A stretch of 64,000 nt of DNA from Ardenticatena sp. (GTDB lineage: Bacteria; Chloroflexota; Anaerolineae; Ardenticatenales; Ardenticatenaceae). Below, piece by piece: positions 62,815 through 64,000 of the stretch (its first letter is position 1; the number at the start of each line of letters is the position of its first letter). The stretch spans positions 11,091-75,090 of the forward strand of contig WFOS01000076.1 of NCBI GenBank assembly GCA_015487975.1, in the 5' to 3' direction. The position numbers and the translations under genes were made by a program. Below the pieces are notes generated by a model. That model saw nothing but the letters and a program-made list of their open reading frames with translations, was not told where the DNA came from and made no database searches.

Positions 62815-63056
62815 AAAGACGGTGAGCAGGAGTAGTAGGCCATCCCGCAGCGAGCCGGGGAGAGTGGAAGCCCGGTAACGTGCCACGGGAGCGCGTCAGG
62901 TTGAACTCGCCTGCGAGTTGCAGTGGTGAAGCCGAGTAGCCGCTGTCGGGTGCGCCCGTTATAGCGCCCACGAGTGCCGGTTGTCAGTGCAACCGGAACG
63001 AGGGTGGTACCGCGGAGGTTACAGCCTTCGTCCCTCGAGGGGCGAAGGCTTTTTTC
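62815..63056 (+). promoter_or_regulatory. T-box riboswitch leader (Leu specifier) of leuS
   Basis: The canonical T-box sequence 'AGGGTGGTACCGCG' lies at 63001-63014. A terminator follows: 'agccttcgtccc tcga ggggcgaaggct' plus TTTTT (63023-63055). Stem-I elements present are 'AGTA' and an 'AGCGAG'/'GAGAGTGGAA' distal region. The candidate specifier 'GAA-CUC-G' has CUC (Leu) at 62906-62908. The UGGU bulge matches discriminator A73. Confidence 0.8.
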
Positions 63057-63098
63057 ATCGCGCTCACCTATTAGAGAATCGAGCAAAGGAGCAGCACC

Positions 63099-64000
63099 AT
63101 GAGCAAAGTGGCGTACATACCCAGTGAGATCGAGCCCAAATGGCAACGACGATGGGAAGAGATGGGAATTTACCGTACCCAGGATGACCCATCGCGCCCC
63201 AAGTTCTATCTGCTCTCCATGTTCCCCTATCCTAGCGGGAATTTGCATACCGGGCACTGGTATGCTTTTGCCCCTGCCGATGCCTATGCACGTTTCATGC
63301 GCATGCAAGGCCACAACGTACTCTTTCCTATCGGCTTCGACGCCTTTGGGCTGCCAGCCGAAAACGCCGCCATCAAGCGCAACGTGCATCCCAAAGAATG
63401 GACCTACAAGAACATCGAGCATATGCGCTGGCAGTTCAAACGTATGGGGCCTTCGTTCGACTGGTCGCGAGAAATCATCACATGTGAACCCGAATACTAT
63501 CGTTGGAACCAGTGGTTCTTCCTGCAATTCTATAAACGCGGCCTAGCGTACCGTGAAAAAGCCCCTGTGGACTGGTGCCCCACATGCAACACCACCCTGG
63601 CGCGTGAACAGGTGGTCGGTGAAGACCGTCGCTGTGAACGCTGCGATACCCCGGTCATCAAGCGTGAATTGGAACAGTGGAAACTGCGCATCACCACGTA
63701 TGCCGAAGAATTGCTGAACGATATCGAGACGCTGGAATGGCCGGAAAGCATCAAAGTCATGCAGCGCAACTGGATCGGGAAGAGCCGCGGGGCGACGATT
63801 CGTTTCCCAGTGGAAGGTGTGGACGATGTCATCGAAGTCTTCACCACCCGCCCCGATACGGTGTATGGCGCAACGTTCATGGTGCTGGCACCGGAACACC
63901 CACTGGTAGAAAAAATCACCACCCCTGAACAACGCGAGGAAGTCGAAGCCTACAAGTACCAGGCCGCCCGCCAGAGCGAAATCGAACGCATGAGCACCGA
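63099..64000 (+). CDS. leuS: Leucine--tRNA ligase, N-terminal part (runs off the window end)
   Basis: Absent from the ORF track because it has no stop in the window. My translation gives [30 protein letters not shown]...[14 protein letters not shown] (HIGH motif)...[15 protein letters not shown]...[16 protein letters not shown]...CERC (zinc motif). AAAGGAG RBS at 63085-63091. Confidence 0.95.
   Translation, partial: MSKVAYIPSEIEPKWQRRWEEMGIYRTQDDPSRPKFYLLSMFPYPSGNLHTGHWYAFAPADAYARFMRMQGHNVLFPIGFDAFGLPAENAAIKRNVHPKEWTYKNIEHMRWQFKRMGPSFDWSREIITCEPEYYRWNQWFFLQFYKRGLAYREKAPVDWCPTCNTTLAREQVVGEDRRCERCDTPVIKRELEQWKLRITTYAEELLNDIETLEWPESIKVMQRNWIGKSRGATIRFPVEGVDDVIEVFTTRPDTVYGATFMVLAPEHPLVEKITTPEQREEVEAYKYQAARQSEIERMST

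Noticed and set aside
62808-63527. A 239-aa minus-strand ORF spanning the T-box leader and the leuS start. Also 63530..63922(-), 63543..63932(-) and 63124..63546(+).
   Set aside because: The region is fully explained by a canonical T-box leader and the leuS reading frame, which has HIGH and zinc motifs. These ORFs are antisense or out-of-frame shadows.
1-64000. CRISPR arrays, transposases, integrases, prophage genes, rRNA genes and toxin-antitoxin pairs.
   Set aside because: I could find no regularly spaced direct repeats and no DDE, tyrosine-recombinase or serine-recombinase motifs in any ORF of the track. The only compositional island (1144-2942) has no mobility genes next to it.

Overview
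This is a 64-kb chromosomal segment from a GC-rich bacterium. Hand-counted 60-nt samples give roughly 55-62% GC. The gene content looks monoderm and Chloroflexota-like, which is an inference from these traits: a sortase plus an LPATG substrate, a Tad-type pilus locus with no secretin, a T-box leuS leader, GH57/GH13 glucan enzymes, Pro/Thr-rich linkers and a 'CPFLG' Cys-rich N-domain. I support about 60 protein genes, two tandem tRNA-Ala genes, one T-box riboswitch, several intrinsic terminators and a few promoter or operator candidates.

Gene order is as follows:
- 1-4.8 kb, minus strand: an envelope polysaccharide operon (rfbD, GT2, GT2, FG-GAP protein) interrupted by an AT-rich two-gene ATPase + small-protein cassette.
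- 4.9-6.3 kb: a sortase.
- 6.3-9.9 kb: HAD, folB, moeA, a methyltransferase and a MazG-like gene.
- 9.9-11 kb: the copper chaperones PCuAC and SCO1.
- 11.2-15 kb: an SH3, M23 peptidase, UDG and PASTA-pseudokinase operon.
- 15.2-17.3 kb: GH57 and hpf.
- 17.4-36 kb: an 18.5-kb co-directional cluster. It runs GT2, three signalling genes, an LPATG protein, TadE x2, TadG-vWA, a 1341-aa Kelch/DUF11/IPT protein, CpaB, REC-CpaE, CpaF, TadB, TadC, DUF192 and ComF.
- 36-64 kb: Nif3, a zinc-ribbon protein, radA, a divergent copper-amine-oxidase-like protein, a PucR-family regulator, two glutamine synthetases, rplS, a GlmU-like gene, CNNM, cdd, korAB, a giant GH13 protein, menG/ubiE, IMPase, an MBL hydrolase, rplI, a beta-helix/Calx-beta protein, tRNA-Ala x2, and the T-box with leuS.

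The strongest candidates for something new are:
1. The AT-rich ABC-type ATPase + PD-(D/E)xK-like cassette at 1144-2942.
2. A recurrent extreme C-terminal [YF]LP[LV]I peptide on three exported proteins.
3. The Tad-like locus with giant embedded surface proteins and no visible pilin or prepilin peptidase.
4. A copper-amine-oxidase-fold protein that appears to lack the copper-ligand histidines.

No CRISPR array, transposase, integrase or rRNA gene was seen. All homology statements rest on motif recognition by eye, not on database searches.
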